This document shows, piece by piece, positions 10,165 to 20,571 of a stretch of 64,000 nucleotides of DNA. The notes beneath the pieces were generated by a model. It ran no database searches, was not told where the DNA came from, and worked only from the letters and a program-made list of their open reading frames with translations. Within the stretch, counting starts at the first letter, position 1, and each line of letters opens with the position of its first letter. The stretch lies in the sequence record MT366760.1, one strand, 5' to 3'. The position numbers and the translations under genes are program-made.

Positions 10165-11673
10165 ATGGCAGACATAGTAAGAGCATTAAGTTGGTTACGT
10201 AACGGTGAACCTGGTTCGGGTTCCACAGCAGATCCTGCGGGTTTTGATGGGGTTTTAAACCGACCACTTAAAGAACTATTAGATAACGACATCCTGATGG
10301 CTGACTTAATCGCAGCCGTGAGTGGTGTTAAAGAACAAATTAACGTAGCTGTACTCAATTCACCCGTATCAGGTGCTATTGAAACACTATACAATGTTAA
10401 TGTAGATGGTGCTATTACCATCAACTTCCCATCAGGACCATCTCATGGTGACACACTACGTGTAAGAATGGTAGATGGTGACATCGTAGCTAACACAGTA
10501 ACCCTGAATGGTAACGGTAAGACAATAGGTGGTAACGCTACTCAACTGTTAGACCAACCGTTCTTTGACTTTATATACGCCTTTGATACTACGGCAGCAA
10601 GTGGCGCAGGGGATTGGGTAACTGTATCCGGTGGTAGTGGTGTGGGTAGTGGAATTGGTATTCCTGCCCCCGTCGTAGTAACGGCAAGCGCAACACTAGA
10701 GAAAGATAAACCTGTCATGGTTGACCGTTTGACAACCTTTGAGTTCACAGGTCTATCTACATCTAAATTTAATGATGTAACTCTGACAATGACCGCACTA
10801 TCAGATTCAACAGCAGTAACACTACCCGCTGCTTACCATGATGGTTCTACCGTCGGTTCAGTTACAAACATGTACGCACGTTGGACAGGTGGTAACTTCC
10901 ACGTTGTTAAGAACCCTACTAACTCCCGTTGGATGCTGTTTGATTCAACTGATAGCAACGGTCTTGGTGGTTGGTATATCCAATCGGATAATGCTGATTT
11001 ACCTAACCCAGGTTTAGTTGATTCATGGTCTAAGGTTACTGGTGCCATCACACTTGCACCCGTTGTAGAACCAACAGCAGAAATTAAGAAACCTGCAATA
11101 ACTATCACGTTCCCCACATCACCCTCTAACGGTGACTCAGTTTACATTGGGGACTTATGGCAGGTAGCCGGTAACATGCCGTGGAACCTAAATGGTAACA
11201 GCGAACCAATTGAGAGTGTTCGTGACGAAATTCTATTCGACGTATCTGGTGCCTCTGCTGAGTTTACTTTCATCACAGGTTATGGTTGGGCGTTAGTTCG
11301 CGGCTCAGGTGTGGCTTCTGACGCATCCTCAAACAATACGAGTGGTGCGACATCCCTAATCTATTTTGATACATTTAAGTCGGTTAGTGAAACAGGTTCC
11401 TACACACCTAAATTAACAGAAGCAAACATTCAACACTTCAACCTATCAGGTGCACTTGAATTATTAGCACCCGATAAAGGTGCAGCAACTGGTGGTACTT
11501 GGATATTTAAATTCATTCAGGATGCTACAGGTGGTCACGACGTTACATGGGCTGCTAACTACCACGTCAATCAAGGTGTAGTTGGTGGGTTACCTAACGA
11601 GGTATCTATCGCAACTGTAGTAAACACAGGCGACGACCAGTACGACGTTTCTATCCAGAACCGTAGACTATAA
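10165..11673 (+). CDS. Proximal tail-fibre hub with two T4 gp9/gp10-like domains and a C-terminal QDxxGG adaptor domain
   Basis: N-terminal GVLNRPLKELLDND anchor; two ITIxFPxxPSxGD...LNGN domains; C-terminal GGTWIFKFIQDATGGHDVTW. Confidence 0.65.
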   Translation: MADIVRALSWLRNGEPGSGSTADPAGFDGVLNRPLKELLDNDILMADLIAAVSGVKEQINVAVLNSPVSGAIETLYNVNVDGAITINFPSGPSHGDTLRVRMVDGDIVANTVTLNGNGKTIGGNATQLLDQPFFDFIYAFDTTAASGAGDWVTVSGGSGVGSGIGIPAPVVVTASATLEKDKPVMVDRLTTFEFTGLSTSKFNDVTLTMTALSDSTAVTLPAAYHDGSTVGSVTNMYARWTGGNFHVVKNPTNSRWMLFDSTDSNGLGGWYIQSDNADLPNPGLVDSWSKVTGAITLAPVVEPTAEIKKPAITITFPTSPSNGDSVYIGDLWQVAGNMPWNLNGNSEPIESVRDEILFDVSGASAEFTFITGYGWALVRGSGVASDASSNNTSGATSLIYFDTFKSVSETGSYTPKLTEANIQHFNLSGALELLAPDKGAATGGTWIFKFIQDATGGHDVTWAANYHVNQGVVGGLPNEVSIATVVNTGDDQYDVSIQNRRL

Positions 11674-11684
11674 GGAGTGACCTC

Positions 11685-14600
11685 ATGGGTTTTCCCTTTG
11701 CAGATTTAACACATACAACTCGGAAACTACAAGGGGACTTAAACGATAGGTCTCCTTCGGTTTACGATATGGGTGGTAGTCTAATATTTGATGGTGCCGA
11801 GAGGACTTTTCTCCGTCACAACCAAGTAGATGGGAACAGACACACCTACACCATTTCTATGTGGGTACGTAGGCATGGTCCTGTCGATACAACTTACCAT
11901 TCAGAAACGGTAATCGGTCATAATGTAGCGGGACCTACTGCTGCTTACGGTGGTATAGGCTTCGACTCTAATAACAATCTAGGTTGGTTCATATCCGATG
12001 GTACTCCATCTCAATGGGGTATCACTACAACTATGAAGTTTCTTGATACTTCAGCGTTCTACCATATTTTGTGTGTTCACGATACAACACAAGCCTCAGC
12101 ATCCGAAAGGATGAAGCTTTACATAAATGGTGAATTAACCTCAGGCAATTACACTGCACCGCCACAAAACACCCAAGGTAAAGTTAATAATGCTGCCTAT
12201 CCCTTCACCATAGGTATATACGAGGGTCTAACTGACCCCCGTCATGGTCAGAATGTTTTTAATGGTGAAATTGCAGACATTGGTTTATGTGATGGACAAG
12301 CACTCGGACCTGAACACTTTGGTTGGTTCGATTCCCAAGGTGTGTGGCGACCCAAGAAAGTTGATACCTCAACGTGGACGGGTGTGAATTCGTTCTTCCT
12401 GAACTTCGCCCAAGATATTACCCAAGAAGGTAACTCAATCGTTGAATGGCAGAGCACAAATACAACCAATGATGCATCCTTAACTAGAAAGATACCTACT
12501 ACTATAGCACCCGACCTGACTATCGTTGGTGGTGTTGATTATCCGTCTACATTGTTTACTTCCTTGTTCGACAGTAAACGCCAAGGTTACGTCAGTGCGA
12601 CTAGTGATACTACTAAACGTAACTTTAGCGACCCTGGCATAGTGACAATAGATGGTGAAAATAAGTATCTAGAAACAGCCATATGGTATAACAACCTTAT
12701 AACTAGTGGTGTTGCTTATGAATCTATCGCCTATAACTTTGAAGCATCCCCAGATTACGGACTCGAAATCCTAGAATGGTCTGGTGATAGTACGAATCGT
12801 AGCCTGCCTCATAGTTTGGGTGAACCCGTAGACATCCTGATTGTTAACAAGACATCAGACCCTAACACCGCTTTCCACTACCATGTTTATGCTAGGGGTA
12901 TAACGGATAGCGACACCAAAACTCTGTGGTTTGATTCAGCCGTAGGTGTCCAAGATTTCCCTAGTAACAAATATTGGTCTAATTCCCTATTTAGTTCTAC
13001 AATTATTGGGCTAGGTAACCACAACGCCACCAATGGATCTGGCGAAACATATATTGCATATGCCTTCACTGCTAAAACTGGTTACAGCCACTATGAGGCG
13101 CTAACCTTAGCAGCAGGTGCGAACACAATAACATGTGGTTTCAGACCAAGAATTGTTCTGTGGAAACAAACATCCGCGACAACCAGTTGGCACTTAGTTG
13201 ACCTTTTGACTAAGAAGGCATCAACACTAGATTCAAACTTAGGTACAGTCTCAGACGTATCCGCATTGTTCACAAACGTAACTGATACTGGATTTGATAT
13301 TTCATACGCAGCAGGTCAACAACAAATACTCTTTGCATTTGCAGATACATCTCAGGCGCGGGACGTATTTACAAGCCTAGTTGGTTCTAAGAGCTTACAA
13401 CCCGTAAACTTCAACTGGGGATATGTACTATCAGATTCAAAACCCCAGAAACCCTCATTAAAGTTAGACTATGCTGCTTCCACTGCACTAGGCGACTCAG
13501 GTGTTACTAGCAAGACTCAAATAGTTCAAGGTGGATACCGATTAGTAAAACCCACTTCTGGTTCAGGGCGGGATGAAGCTACGTTGACACACGAGATACC
13601 TCTAGAGGGTAATTGGTACTTTGAAGTAGATTCTTGTCAATCAGTAGGGTTCGCAGATCCGGATGTACCCGCAAGTTTCCACTGTCAGGACTCGTACACC
13701 GCAGGTCAATATTGGATGGGTGGTTACTTCGGTGGTTCACACAGTAGGCGTAGAATAGCTTGCCTAATAAATAACACTGAGGGCACAATTGAGTTCAAAT
13801 GCTCAGATGGTTTCTCTATAAAGAAAACGTATAAACCTATCAACCTTAGAATATTTAGCGGATTAGCTGCAACCAATGTACAAGCAACAGACGCAATTGT
13901 CAACTTTGGTCAAAGACCTTTCGTCGACCCAATGCCTCAAGGTTACCGCCCGCTTAAGGACATAGTTGATACGTATCCTACGGTTATCGACCCAAGCAAG
14001 TTCTTCAGGGCTACTAGCTATGTCGGTGATGGTGTTGACGGGCGTGAGATTACAACGGGTGTTGATGCAGATTTAATTTGGGTTAAAGCCACTACAGCAG
14101 CTAACTGGCACATATCAACTGACACCATAAGACCAGTAAATGAAACTCTGTATCCTAACGCCACGACAGCGGGAACTGTACAAGCTACACCACCCCTGAA
14201 GGAAATCAGTGACACAGGATTTACTGTTAGTAACGATGGTAACGTTAATAAATCAGGTGACACCTACATAGCTTGGTCTTGGAAGAAGTCACCACAGCTA
14301 GGATTCGATGTAGTTAAATACACGGGTACAGGTCACGCGATGAGCCTAAGCCATGAGTGTGGGGGAACACCCGACTTAATACTTGTCAAGAACATAGACG
14401 AAGCTAGACCTTGGCAGGTACACCTAAGGGGTATTACCACACTGGACACTAATACATTAGAGTTAAATACCTCAGGTACCCTGTTAACAACATCATCAGC
14501 CATCTGGGATGTATCAAGCATGTCCCCTAAAACATTTGGTGTTGGTGTTGACTCCACTACAAACTGGGCTACAAAAGAACACATAGCTTATTTATGGCGT

Positions 14601-14954
14601 TCAGTTCCAGGGTTCAGTAAGATTGGTACTTACATCGGTAACGGTAATGTAGATGGTCCTTTCGCAAGCTGTGGATTTAAACCTGCTTGGGTTATGATTA
14701 AGGCATTAGACACCGTAGCTAACTGGTATATCTTGGATACCACACGCACACCTATCGGTGAGAGTGGTCGTACCCTAGCCGTTAACTCACCGTCAGCTCA
14801 GGATAATGGTTGGCCTGCTAATGAACCACTGCTAATTCATTCTAATGGATTCAAGATTACCCGTGGTAACGTATCCGACGTAAACCAATCTGGTATACGC
14901 TACATGTTTATGGCGTTTGCTGAAAAACCTCAATTTAATACTAATGCCCGTTAA
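11685..14954 (+). CDS. Receptor-binding/tail protein 1: LamG (ConA-like) + SPRY-like + YTGxG repeat domains
   Basis: GSLIFDG...TYTISMWVRR...FYHILCVHDTT...LYINGE LamG; GNWYFEV SPRY-like; repeated SYVGDG/YTGTG/YIGNG modules. Confidence 0.75.
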   Translation: MGFPFADLTHTTRKLQGDLNDRSPSVYDMGGSLIFDGAERTFLRHNQVDGNRHTYTISMWVRRHGPVDTTYHSETVIGHNVAGPTAAYGGIGFDSNNNLGWFISDGTPSQWGITTTMKFLDTSAFYHILCVHDTTQASASERMKLYINGELTSGNYTAPPQNTQGKVNNAAYPFTIGIYEGLTDPRHGQNVFNGEIADIGLCDGQALGPEHFGWFDSQGVWRPKKVDTSTWTGVNSFFLNFAQDITQEGNSIVEWQSTNTTNDASLTRKIPTTIAPDLTIVGGVDYPSTLFTSLFDSKRQGYVSATSDTTKRNFSDPGIVTIDGENKYLETAIWYNNLITSGVAYESIAYNFEASPDYGLEILEWSGDSTNRSLPHSLGEPVDILIVNKTSDPNTAFHYHVYARGITDSDTKTLWFDSAVGVQDFPSNKYWSNSLFSSTIIGLGNHNATNGSGETYIAYAFTAKTGYSHYEALTLAAGANTITCGFRPRIVLWKQTSATTSWHLVDLLTKKASTLDSNLGTVSDVSALFTNVTDTGFDISYAAGQQQILFAFADTSQARDVFTSLVGSKSLQPVNFNWGYVLSDSKPQKPSLKLDYAASTALGDSGVTSKTQIVQGGYRLVKPTSGSGRDEATLTHEIPLEGNWYFEVDSCQSVGFADPDVPASFHCQDSYTAGQYWMGGYFGGSHSRRRIACLINNTEGTIEFKCSDGFSIKKTYKPINLRIFSGLAATNVQATDAIVNFGQRPFVDPMPQGYRPLKDIVDTYPTVIDPSKFFRATSYVGDGVDGREITTGVDADLIWVKATTAANWHISTDTIRPVNETLYPNATTAGTVQATPPLKEISDTGFTVSNDGNVNKSGDTYIAWSWKKSPQLGFDVVKYTGTGHAMSLSHECGGTPDLILVKNIDEARPWQVHLRGITTLDTNTLELNTSGTLLTTSSAIWDVSSMSPKTFGVGVDSTTNWATKEHIAYLWRSVPGFSKIGTYIGNGNVDGPFASCGFKPAWVMIKALDTVANWYILDTTRTPIGESGRTLAVNSPSAQDNGWPANEPLLIHSNGFKITRGNVSDVNQSGIRYMFMAFAEKPQFNTNAR

Positions 14955-14981
14955 TTCGGGCATCCTCTAGGAGAACAAATC

Positions 14982-15407
14982 ATGGCAGTAAGATCACTTG
15001 GAAGTCTAGTCGGTGCTCAGAAACTAACTATGGGTATAACAGACGGAACGAATACACTTAAGTTCGATGGTGACAGCGCGTTACTCCTGTCGTCCGCTTC
15101 AGTTGGTAATGCTAAGGCACTTACTATTGGGGTTAACACACCTGTTGACCTGTCACTTTCCAACATCCTAACGTTGGACGTTACTCAAGATACAACTTTG
15201 GATAACCCGCCGTCTAACAAAGGCGGTACTTGGTACTTATACCTAAAACAAGATGCAGTAGGTGGTCACACTATTGGTACTGGTTCCGCCTATAAGGTTG
15301 TTAACGGTACACCACAGACAGCACCTAATTCTTGCACACTAATGACAATCATTTCCGCAGGTGACGGAATTTACGACGTATCCTACACAAGTGTAGAACC
15401 ACGTTAA
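14982..15407 (+). CDS. Fibre adaptor, paralog of the C-terminal domain of 10165-11673
   Basis: KGGTWYLYLKQDAVGGHTI...GDGIYDVS aligns by eye with TGGTWIFKFIQDATGGHDV...GDDQYDVS. Confidence 0.65.
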   Translation: MAVRSLGSLVGAQKLTMGITDGTNTLKFDGDSALLLSSASVGNAKALTIGVNTPVDLSLSNILTLDVTQDTTLDNPPSNKGGTWYLYLKQDAVGGHTIGTGSAYKVVNGTPQTAPNSCTLMTIISAGDGIYDVSYTSVEPR

Positions 15408-15417
15408 GGAGAAAAAC

Positions 15418-18400
15418 ATGCTTAACAAAGGCATATTCAACTTCGGTAACTCACTGAAAGTTCCTGGTGACGTATCCGTAGCACCTCCGGTTTACGACCC
15501 TCAAAGAAGTTTACGGTTTGACTCATCACTAAGTCAATACCTAACATGGTTACCAAAAGTAAATGGTAACCTAAAGCAATGGACATACTCTTTCTGGTTC
15601 AAGAGAACAGAATTAACTAACGGATTTAACGTTCCCCGCGTTTTCCAAGTATCACCTGCCTATAACAGTTATATCTATGTACATAATGGTGGCGTACTCT
15701 TGGCTTCTAGCCGCGCAGGTATATCTAGTGTAAATGTCTCATGGGAATATGATCTAGTAGATACTACAGAGTGGTATCACATCGTTATCAGGGCTGATAC
15801 CACTCAAGCGAACGCCTCCGATAGAATTACCCTGTGGCTAAATGGTGAATTGTTGCCTATAACAACAACCACCACAACACCCGCATTAAACTCCGATTTG
15901 AGTTTCTTCTCTACAGACCAAGAAAATACGTTTGGTATACTCAAGAATAATGCTACTACTGCACTATCGCAACAATATGATGGATACCTTACTGAACTAG
16001 CTATGTTCGACGGAGCTGCTGACCTTCAGATAGACAGGTTTGGTTACTTTGACAACTTGGGTGTTTGGCGTCCTTCAAATCTACGACTAACAATACCACA
16101 AGAATACTGGGTAGGTAACTCTTTCTACTTACCGTGTACATCACGTACAACCAGAACTGGTAACTCCGCTGACTTAGTTGTCTCTACCCCACGAGGCACA
16201 CCCGTACGTACTAAACTGAAACCTGACTTCCTTTTAGTTAAAGCAGTTGATGTATCAGCATTAGCAGGTATTTATGACCGCACACGTGGTACAGGTAAAA
16301 TACTGCCATTAAACGCTAATCCTGAAATTACTAACAACAACACACTAACCTCATGGGACGACGACGGGTACACACTAGGTTCAGATTTCAACACTGCTTC
16401 CAGATATGCATCCCTAACACTGGAAGATAACCCTGACTTCGGTTTCGACATTGTAACCTACACGGGTAATGGTCTTAATGGTCGTACCCTAGCCCACGAC
16501 CTTGGCAAACTGCCAGAAATGATATGGATTAAGAATCGAACTTCCACATCCAACTGGGTTGTTTGGCACAAAGATCTCGATGACAACAAGACATTAGACC
16601 TGAATAGAAATATTGCGCAAGCAGCCTCAACCTACATGGGTGGCGTAACTACAGAAAACTTCGTGATAAACGCTGCGGGTAACGTTAATGCAAATGAATC
16701 TGAATACGTTGCGTACATCTTCACGAGTGTTGATAACTTCTGCAAAGTAGGTAAATTCACTGGTACTGGTTCTTCTAGTACGTTATCTATTGAGTGTGGT
16801 TTCAGACCATCAGCGTATATATTCAAATCAATAAACCATATAGACAGTTGGTACACCACCTTCAGTGATTATTACTACCTGATTGAATCATTCAATGCTG
16901 CCGTTAACTTTAACACACCTCCTATGTATGAAACAGGGTTCCACGTAACAACAGGTTATGGTGCTGCCAACCCATTTATCTTTATTGCATGGGCGGACAC
17001 AACACAACTTCAAGACATACTTGAGTCAGATATTTCAGACATTCAGTTTGAATTCGTAGGTGCATCCGATATCGAGAGTGTTGTATCCCTCGATAATCCC
17101 GAGAACAATCTTGGGGTTCTAATGCAAAAACCGTCCTCAGTTAGTGCTGTATCACCTACTGACGGTGGTCGGGTATCTCGCTTAGGTCACAGACTACCCG
17201 ACGGTGTAATACCTGCCGTATGGTCAAAACCACTAACTGGCAAAGTATACTGGGAAATAGAATACCTTTCCGATACTCATCCAACTCAGAACACCATTCT
17301 GCTTACGGGTCTAGACTCTAGGCAAGGTAAATTAGGACATGCTAACCGCATAGCTGCCTACTATGCAGGTAATGGTCACCTCTACACGTCGATACCCTCT
17401 GAAGTTAATGAAGCTTACGGTGACACTTGGACAGTAGGTGATGTGATTGGTGTTCAATGTGACTCGGATAACAACACTGTCGAATACTTCAAAAATGGTG
17501 TTAGTCAGGGTATCTTTGATTATAGTACATATTGGACAGGGTTAGTATACCCACAGGGTCACTCTGCATCAACGACGGATACCGTACGTTTCAGAATACG
17601 TACTACCTATGAAGAATTCAAATATCCGTCAAGTAAGAGTGCTGACGCAATAACGTTAACTGAATCCGATATGCGCTATAAAAGAGCCGACGTTAAAAAA
17701 TCAGATATAGGCTTCACTGCTACTACTTACACAGGTTTCGGTGATTATCCTTATTCACAAATTATTAGTTCTTCTCGTGGTGCTGTGGGTTCTTTCTTCG
17801 TTGAAGTAGACGGTAAACTAGTTACACTCTATGAACAACATTACAGTGGTAGTACCTACGCAAACCCTGTTGAACAGTTCTATATGAACCCCGAAACACG
17901 TCAATTCGAAGTACTACCAGGTGCTGACTTTTTAAATATGAGTGGTGCTCTAGGATTCATGAAGTTCATCGAAGGTTCAGACACTTACGTAGTTATCCCT
18001 AACTACCGAAGTGACTCTACTCACAATGTAACTTCAAAAGTACTACGTTGGGACAGTTCTTCCGCAGATGACGGTCAATTCGTAGTACATCAGGAGATAC
18101 CTACTTCCGCCTGTACTGACGGTTCTATCTTAGAGATAAATGGTGACATCTTCATTGGTCTAAACCAATTCTCAAGCGAGGAATCCCTAACTAACTACGC
18201 ACACTCACTGAAACTGATGAAGTTCAACCACACTTCTAAGATATTCGAAGATATACCAGAGATAGCTACTCAAGGTATTCGTGGTAGTACAATGTTTGAG
18301 GTTGACGGTAAAGCCTACATCGCTGTATCTGAGATTGAAGGTGTAAACCGTGTTAGGTTGTTTGAGTTTAACCCAGATACCCATGTGTCTACTCTAATTC

Positions 18401-19791
18401 AAACTCTAACTGGTTCTACTAATGGTCGCATTGCTTCTACCGTTCATGAAGGTAAAGCCTACCTGATTACCTCAAACCAGACCAGTGACGTACCTGTTTT
18501 CTACACGCTAGACACATCAGTTAACCCTGCTCAGTTGGTAACCGTGGGCGATGGTAGTACAGGACACATCGCTACACACCATAAATTCCTGTCGTATTCC
18601 GACGACAAATTGTTGGTACTTTGTGCTCGTGCTCAGGCTGGTAGTAGCTACATTACTAACTCATACCTACGTGAGTTTACCATATCAACAGGACTATGGG
18701 CTACGATAAATGAATACCCTACTCGATCTGGATATTACCCAGATATGATTGAACACAATGGTCAGATTTATGGTTCAATTGGTTCCTACTTCAATGGTAC
18801 TAACTACGCTCAATATGTTGGATACCTCACGGTTAACGAAGATCCAAATACCCCAGATGACATAACGGGTGAGCGCGAAATATACCTAGGTGGTGAATAT
18901 GACCTTATATGGGTTAAGTCAAGGACTGGCTCAGCTAATTCCCACAAGGTATTTGATACTACCCGTGGTTGGGGTAAACAGATGTCAACTGATTTATCAG
19001 GACCTGAATCAGCTCAATTAGAGACTAACATGCGTGGGTTCACGAAGGACGGGTTCCTAGTAGGTGATGGTTCCTTGAATGCCAATGCAGTAAATTACGT
19101 TGCTTGGGGTTGGAAGAAAGATCCTAACCTTGGCTTCGATATTATAACATACCAAGGTGATTCAACGGGTGCTGCTCATCCAGACAGACTACTAACCCAC
19201 AATTGTGGTGGTGAGGTTGAATTCGGTCTGGTTAAAGCATATGACGCTAACATAGATTGGTATCCCTATGTTAAGGGTGTAACAACTGACCCTGGTCACT
19301 TCCTACAGTTTAACACTAATAACGCACTTAATACATCTGTTCGTCCATTGTGGGCACCATCTAAAATGTCACCAACTGAATTCGCCATAGGTAACAACGA
19401 TGGTATCAACCAGAACGGTACTAACTATATAGCATACCTATGGCGTTCAGTTCCAGGGTTCAGTAAGATAGGTACATATGTAGGTAACGGTAATGCGGAC
19501 GGTCCTTTCATCGACTGTGGCTTTAAACCTGCATTTGTTCTTATAAAATGTATAGATAGTGCCCAGAACTGGTATTTGACAGACAGTGCAAGATCACCAT
19601 ACAATAACATAACTAATCGACTAATCCCCGATTCTAGTAATCCTGAGGCTACTGTAGCCACTGATTCCATTACTTACTTATCTAATGGTTTCCAGATATC
19701 TGGTATTGGTAATATTAATAACATTGCTAGTCAGAAGTTCCTGTATATGGCATTTGCTGAGAATCCGTTCGAACATACAAGAGCTCGCTAA
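15418..19791 (+). CDS. Receptor-binding/tail protein 2: LamG + YTGNG modules + SPRY + EPTP-like beta-propeller
   Basis: RSLRFD...WTYSFWFKR LamG; KVYWEIEY...TWTVGDVIGVQCD SPRY; propeller repeats; C-terminus paralogous to RBP1. Confidence 0.75.
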   Translation: MLNKGIFNFGNSLKVPGDVSVAPPVYDPQRSLRFDSSLSQYLTWLPKVNGNLKQWTYSFWFKRTELTNGFNVPRVFQVSPAYNSYIYVHNGGVLLASSRAGISSVNVSWEYDLVDTTEWYHIVIRADTTQANASDRITLWLNGELLPITTTTTTPALNSDLSFFSTDQENTFGILKNNATTALSQQYDGYLTELAMFDGAADLQIDRFGYFDNLGVWRPSNLRLTIPQEYWVGNSFYLPCTSRTTRTGNSADLVVSTPRGTPVRTKLKPDFLLVKAVDVSALAGIYDRTRGTGKILPLNANPEITNNNTLTSWDDDGYTLGSDFNTASRYASLTLEDNPDFGFDIVTYTGNGLNGRTLAHDLGKLPEMIWIKNRTSTSNWVVWHKDLDDNKTLDLNRNIAQAASTYMGGVTTENFVINAAGNVNANESEYVAYIFTSVDNFCKVGKFTGTGSSSTLSIECGFRPSAYIFKSINHIDSWYTTFSDYYYLIESFNAAVNFNTPPMYETGFHVTTGYGAANPFIFIAWADTTQLQDILESDISDIQFEFVGASDIESVVSLDNPENNLGVLMQKPSSVSAVSPTDGGRVSRLGHRLPDGVIPAVWSKPLTGKVYWEIEYLSDTHPTQNTILLTGLDSRQGKLGHANRIAAYYAGNGHLYTSIPSEVNEAYGDTWTVGDVIGVQCDSDNNTVEYFKNGVSQGIFDYSTYWTGLVYPQGHSASTTDTVRFRIRTTYEEFKYPSSKSADAITLTESDMRYKRADVKKSDIGFTATTYTGFGDYPYSQIISSSRGAVGSFFVEVDGKLVTLYEQHYSGSTYANPVEQFYMNPETRQFEVLPGADFLNMSGALGFMKFIEGSDTYVVIPNYRSDSTHNVTSKVLRWDSSSADDGQFVVHQEIPTSACTDGSILEINGDIFIGLNQFSSEESLTNYAHSLKLMKFNHTSKIFEDIPEIATQGIRGSTMFEVDGKAYIAVSEIEGVNRVRLFEFNPDTHVSTLIQTLTGSTNGRIASTVHEGKAYLITSNQTSDVPVFYTLDTSVNPAQLVTVGDGSTGHIATHHKFLSYSDDKLLVLCARAQAGSSYITNSYLREFTISTGLWATINEYPTRSGYYPDMIEHNGQIYGSIGSYFNGTNYAQYVGYLTVNEDPNTPDDITGEREIYLGGEYDLIWVKSRTGSANSHKVFDTTRGWGKQMSTDLSGPESAQLETNMRGFTKDGFLVGDGSLNANAVNYVAWGWKKDPNLGFDIITYQGDSTGAAHPDRLLTHNCGGEVEFGLVKAYDANIDWYPYVKGVTTDPGHFLQFNTNNALNTSVRPLWAPSKMSPTEFAIGNNDGINQNGTNYIAYLWRSVPGFSKIGTYVGNGNADGPFIDCGFKPAFVLIKCIDSAQNWYLTDSARSPYNNITNRLIPDSSNPEATVATDSITYLSNGFQISGIGNINNIASQKFLYMAFAENPFEHTRAR

Positions 19792-19808
19792 TTCTAATTG
19801 ACTAAAAC

Positions 19809-19826
19809 GGGGTAGTTCGCTACCCC
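19809..19826 (+). other. Stable UUCG-tetraloop hairpin GGGGTAG-TTCG-CTACCCC
   Basis: Perfect 7-bp stem between RBP2 and the chaperone gene; no downstream U-tract. Confidence 0.55.
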
Positions 19827-19849
19827 TCAACATTGCATGAGGATAAATT

Positions 19850-20557
19850 ATGCACTACGCTAAAGTAATTAATGGTCGCTTCAATGGTTATCTACCCGAC
19901 TTAAATGCAAAGGGTGCTTCGGGTAAGACCTATGGTGACTGTTCTAAATTAAGTTTGGAACAACGTAAAGCGGAAGGTATTTACAAAGTACACAAGGTTG
20001 ATAATAAGCCCCAATACGTTGGCGAAGACGGTACAAAAGTAACGTATCCTGAATCGTTCTTAGTGCAAAGTGGTCACGAAGCACACGCTGACACGGCTAA
20101 TGCAGAATGGTTGATTACTACTACCTACATCCTACGACCAGTTGCTGAACTTCGCACTATGAAAGTTCAAGAACTTAAAGAACTTCGTAAGTCTGCATGT
20201 CTAAGTGGTTTCTACTACAAATCACACTTGATTGAATCAGGTAAGGACGAAGTAAACTCCGTAACTGCTATCCAATTGCAGTATGATAAGGGTACGCTTC
20301 CAGTTAACCACATCTATTCTTTCCGTGTAACTGATGCTATCTATGTAGATTGTAACATTGGTAAAGATGGTAATGAAACATCAAACGGTGCTGAAGGTTT
20401 CGAAGTCTTCGCAATGATGATGGCTAACTACGTTCAGCTAGAATGTTTCGGTCGTGAGAAAACAATCTCACTTGAAATCATGAAGATGACTGCTAAGCAA
20501 CTAGCAATGTTAGACTTACCGACAACGTACCAACCTGATTGCGGCACACCGTCATAA
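19850..20557 (+). CDS. Tail-fibre assembly chaperone-like protein (DUF4376-like C-terminus)
   Basis: ELRTMKVQELKELRKSACLSGFYYKSHLIES pattern; follows the fibre genes. Confidence 0.5.
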   Translation: MHYAKVINGRFNGYLPDLNAKGASGKTYGDCSKLSLEQRKAEGIYKVHKVDNKPQYVGEDGTKVTYPESFLVQSGHEAHADTANAEWLITTTYILRPVAELRTMKVQELKELRKSACLSGFYYKSHLIESGKDEVNSVTAIQLQYDKGTLPVNHIYSFRVTDAIYVDCNIGKDGNETSNGAEGFEVFAMMMANYVQLECFGREKTISLEIMKMTAKQLAMLDLPTTYQPDCGTPS

Positions 20558-20571
20558 CTGACTAATGAAAG

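Noticed and set aside
14593-19469. Diversity-generating retroelement (TR/VR pair) in the fibre genes
   Set aside because: No reverse transcriptase in the window; both copies are coding, and the differences are mostly synonymous rather than adenine-specific.
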